DNA of 63,241 nt, the filler included, from Chiloscyllium plagiosum (lineage: Eukaryota): assembly GCF_004010195.1 (NCBI RefSeq). It is 4 parts of one record of this genome, joined end to end, with 100 filler letters (N's around TTAATTAATTAA, not from the genome) between each part and the next. Parts side by side here need not be neighbours in the genome. Positions count along the whole stretch, not along the records: positions 56,653 to 63,241 come from NC_057710.1; 3 more parts are not named here. One strand, given 5' to 3'. A model generated the notes under the pieces. The model made no database searches. It was not told where the DNA came from and was given only the letters and a program-made list of their open reading frames with translations. Each line of letters starts with the position of its first letter. The stretch's first letter is position 1. Made by a program: the position numbers and the translations under genes. This document shows, in pieces, positions 59,306 to 63,241 of the stretch.

Positions 59306-60441
59306 TAAGATAGCAGTACTGTTGGCTGAGAGTTCGAAATGTGCTGGCCGTGTGCAAAAAAGCAAATCAAGGCAAGGCAGTGAGCATCCAAGTAGGTGCG
59401 TGTTAAGAAAGCAAGCTGAGTTCCCCGAGATGCATTGTGTTCCAGTTCGTGAGATGGGTGCCTGTCCTTGCATACAAAGTTGTCTAGCTGCAGCTTTGCA
59501 ATGAGAGATGTTTGTGCTGTCCAAAGTGCTGTATTGAAGTGATGAACCCTATTCTAAATGAGTCAGAGACGTGCCATGATATTGTGGTGAGGCTAGTGCA
59601 TGACCAAAAGGTGCAGGCAGTCACTGCCCATGGAGTGAACCCAGAGATTTCTTTTTAAATACTGGCCCAGATGGAGACCTGATGGAGCAAGCAATGAACT
59701 GGAGGTGCCAAATATTCACTCCGACTTTCATGTTGGGAATTGTCGGCATCTAGTTTCTCTTCATTGTATGGGAATATAGGAAATTGATTATGAATGAGAG
59801 GTAATGATGAGATGTCTATGAATGCAAACAGGTCCCTGTCTCCCCTATCTCATTTCACTATTATACTTTTGAGTGGCAAATAGGGCATTTTTTTTCTCAA
59901 TGTAGGGAATCTCATATTCTGTTCTTGCGTATTTCTTCAACTAATTTGCTATTGGTCACACCATTCAGAAGTTAGGAAGATTCCACCTTATGTGTTTGCT
60001 TAAAAAAAGAACATTGCAGTTTTATTATTTTATCTGAACATCTTACAATATCCCATTTAGACAGTAGTTTGCTATTGGATCTCTGCTAATGCCATTCTTC
60101 AGTTGGTCGCCAGCACTGCGATAGAGTGTAGTAATGCTGGGTGATGTAGGCTCTCTTCCCACTTCCCAACCTTCTTTGCTCTTCCTTCACAAACATGTAC
60201 TTCTGTTTTCGCAGCAGAAACAAGAAATTCCGTTTGTGAATTTGCACGTACGCAGAGGGGCAGGAATTTGGTAGTATAGCGCTTCTAGACTTCCTGTGAT
60301 TCCTTGAGGGCAGACACAGCCATGAGCCAGGAGATGGCTTTGTTCACTGAGGAACACAGCACAGTCCATGGCTTGTAAAATGCTTGTTTGGTGAATCTAC
60401 TAGCAGCACTACTTGAACGAACCTTTCCCCCAGTATGTATA

Positions 60442-60662
60442 CAGGTCATTCTGCTATAATGCATGTTTCGTCAATGAGAATTTGCTATAATGCAAATGAT
60501 AAATTGGAGGCACTGTTTCTAAAGTGTAAATTTTTAAAGCATGTATTAGTTACAATGCAATTCTGGCCCCGTTAGTTTAAATGGTGCTGCTGTAATGCAA
60601 TTTTCTTATAACAGGGGGTTCCACGAGAACGACGCCACCATGTTATAGCAGAACTGACTAGG
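60442..60662. mobile_element. Tc1/mariner-pogo (Tigger-like) MITE
   Basis: TA|caggtcattctgctataa ... ttatagcagaactgactagg|TA; imperfect TIRs, internal gctataa subrepeats, no ORF. Confidence 0.7.
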
Positions 60663-61589
60663 TATGGTTTTGTAGCAGATATATTAACAACCCTGACACA
60701 CATTCAGAGTGTTCTCCACACTTTTAATTTTGTTTTATATGGAAGCAAATTTGTAAGTTTGATTTAAAATCTAGCACAGATGAATTATTCTGTATTCTAG
60801 TTTAAAATTATGTTAACATTGAGCTCCTGTGCATCTGAGAGGATTGCTTTCTGTATTGTTTTACCAAAGCCCTTGAAGGTAAAGAACAACTACTAAACAG
60901 TTCCCTCGATATCTGGTTTTTAAAACATAAAAAATATATATAATACTTTTCTTAAAAAATCAAAATTTTCTACTCCTGAAGGAAACATACTATGAAGTGT
61001 TCCAGTATTCTTTGATGGTTTAATTAGTTGATTGATGAGACATGTCTGCACACCAGTCTGACACAAAGAATCTTGGAATGATATAGTCGAGACCATTCAG
61101 CCAATTGTGTCCATGCATAATCGGATGATTTCTATAATGTTTAACAGAATTTGCATACAACATTCAAAAATCCTGAGCTTTACTTCCTCTTGATGAATAC
61201 AAATTAGTTAATTGGACAGTAAGATGTATGTATATATTTAATTAAATAGTTTAGAACTGTTAAATCTTTTTGAAAAATGCACCAAGGAAACCTTGTATTT
61301 TGGTTTGACAAAACTAATGGGAAATTCTCAAATGGATAATGGGTTGTCTGATCATGGCCTTCATTTGAGAAGCCATTCAGTATATTTGCAAGTGCCAGTT
61401 ACCAAGACCTTAGAGTAGATTATGTCAGTCTGGAAATTGTGTGCACCTGAAACATAATTTGATGGAGGCGAAGAAACAATGTTTTGGGAATGTTAAAGAT
61501 AATAAAACTAAAAGCATAATTAACACCTAATATCTGGAGTTTGAAAGAAACAGATGGTCTCTGCCATAAAAACAAAGTTCCGTGGGTAT

Positions 61590-61752
61590 AAAAACAGGAA
61601 GTCTTGGAGAAACTCAGCAAGTCTGGCAGCGCTTATAAAAGGAGAAGCTGAGTTAAAGTTTCAAGTCCGATATGATTTCTTCTGACTTTTTTGGAAGAAG
61701 AGTTATATAAGACCGAAGCCTTAACTTTGTTTCACTCTCTGCAGATGCTGCT
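61590..61752. mobile_element. Old fold-back Penelope-derived element
   Basis: ggagaaactcagcaagtctggcagc...gagttaaagtttc / ttaactttgtttcactctctgcagatgctgc. Confidence 0.55.
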
Positions 61753-61865
61753 GTGTTGCTCTTTAGTTTGATAAGAAAATGCATTGCTTAAAAGATTAGT
61801 TTGGTTCTTGCTAGTTATAAGGTGAAGATCAAAAGTGATGATATAATGTTTCCTTTTGATTACAG

Positions 61866-61978
61866 CAAATGAAGAAGCACCCATGTCGTCAATGTGAAAA
61901 ATCCTTCAGCTCTTCGCACAGTCTCTGCCGGCACAATCGCATAAAGCATAAAGGCATCAGAAAAGTATACACGTGCTG
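61866..61978 (+). CDS. ZNF532: ZNF532 internal coding exon (C2H2 zinc finger)
   Basis: ttttgattacag|CAAATG... translates QMKKHPCRQCEKSFSSSHSLCRHNRIKHKGIRKVYTC(W), a CxxC-x12-HxxxxH finger that is nearly identical to the recalled human ZNF532 sequence. Donor TG|gtaggt. 113 nt. Not in the ORF track. Confidence 0.88.
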
Positions 61979-62994
61979 GTAGGTGCAATTGTTAACATTG
62001 AACAGATGCTCCCTCTCATGAAGGCAAAAAGTTCCGTGAGTTTATCAGTTCAGTCAGTTGAGGGTAGAGGAAGCGAGAGAGAATAGCTTAAGCAGATCTC
62101 AGATAGAAGAGAAAAGGGCTAAAAATAGAAAGTGCTGGAAAATCTCAGCAGGTCCAGCAGCATCTATAGAGAGTGAAAGGCAGAATTTGAGTTGCATATA
62201 CTTTCTTTAGGATTGCAGAAGAGAAAAAAGGAGCTTGGGTTAGTTTTACTCTTTGTAATGATCCTAGAGCAGTTGACTGTTATTTAGACCAGTAGAGATG
62301 TTGCAGTGTTTATGTGTGTATGGTGCACTCCAGTTTACCCTTCACATATTTGAGAGAGCAAAGATGGGGCTGCAGTGGGGAAACTGAATGAGATTGGAAA
62401 CTGGAGTGTGTGTTTGAGTTGAGGAGGAGTGGTGAAAGAGGGGCCAAAGGTTAAGTATCACAGAGTTCAAGAATGCAATTTTAATGACGTGGAGATTTTC
62501 TTTTTCCTCCAGAGATTGATCCAACAGAAGTAGGTTAAGGGAAGGTGAGTGATGATGAACAAAAGAGAATGATGGGAGATGGCCTTATTGATTGAAATCC
62601 TGTGAGTGCTGAACTGAAATGGAAGGATAGGAGTAATATTTGTAAGGAGGCTGAGGGTCTATCACTCTGTACTCCTTTACCCCATTCCTTCTCCTCCTTT
62701 TCCTTCCTATCTCATCTCATTTCTCCCACCTTTTAACCCTTTACTGCTTTCCAATTTTTATCTGTCTTTGTCTCTAACTGTGACTGATAATGTGCAAAGC
62801 AGAATGTATTGGACAAGCATCTTGAGGTGGCATTAGCAGCAGTGGGGAGTTGGCCATTAGACAGAAGTAGCGATCTGGAGCTCATGATGATGCACAGTTA
62901 AAATTGACCAATGTATCAGGTATTTGAGAAGTACTGCTGGTGATGTTGATGTACATTTGGATAGGATCCGAAAGTCTTTTGGCAACTGGTAACC

Positions 62995-63241
62995 TATAGA
63001 ACATAGAACATAGAACATAGAAGAATACAGCGCAGTACAGGCCCTTCGGCCCTCGATGTTGCGCCGATCCAAGCCCACCTAACCTACACTAGCCCACTAT
63101 CCTCCATATGCCTATCCAATGCCCGCTTAAGTGCCCATAATGAGGGAGAGTCCACCACTGCTACTGGCAGGGCATTCCATGAACTCACGACTCGCTGAAT
63201 AAAGAACCTACCCCTAACATCTCTCCTATACCTACCCCCCC
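62995..63241 (-). mobile_element. Young CR1-clade LINE 3' end (continues beyond window)
   Basis: (atagaac)n tail, gtacaggcccttcggccctcg hairpin, ggcagggcattcca (WNALP). Confidence 0.88.

Overview
Vertebrate genomic DNA, inferred to be from a shark (elasmobranch HE1/V-SINEs, abundant CR1/HER1-type LINEs). It is mostly intronic and repeat-dense, with two sized N gaps and three 100-nt N44-TTAATTAATTAA-N44 scaffolding linkers. Only three host coding exons are supportable: MBD2 exons 2 and 3 on the minus strand (40901-41060, 28948-29085) and one C2H2 zinc-finger exon of ZNF532 on the plus strand (61866-61978). Nearly all other listed ORFs are transposon debris: CR1 LINEs (one near full-length with an esterase ORF1), an RTE LINE with an internal inversion, a decayed Ty3/Gypsy LTR element, SINEs and a Tc1/pogo-type MITE. 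The most striking signal is a set of short fold-back (palindromic) Penelope-like elements from at least three subfamilies. They carry minimal hammerhead-ribozyme motifs (CUGANGA-A-stem II-GAAA-CG-UH). The three youngest copies also have 14-bp target-site duplications, a 37-nt one-sided tail and arms that share copy-private variants. One copy has two tandem hammerheads 318 nt apart bracketing a stop-free Penelope ORF fragment, a retrozyme-like cassette. Repeat boundaries were read by eye and are approximate unless splice sites or TSDs are quoted.
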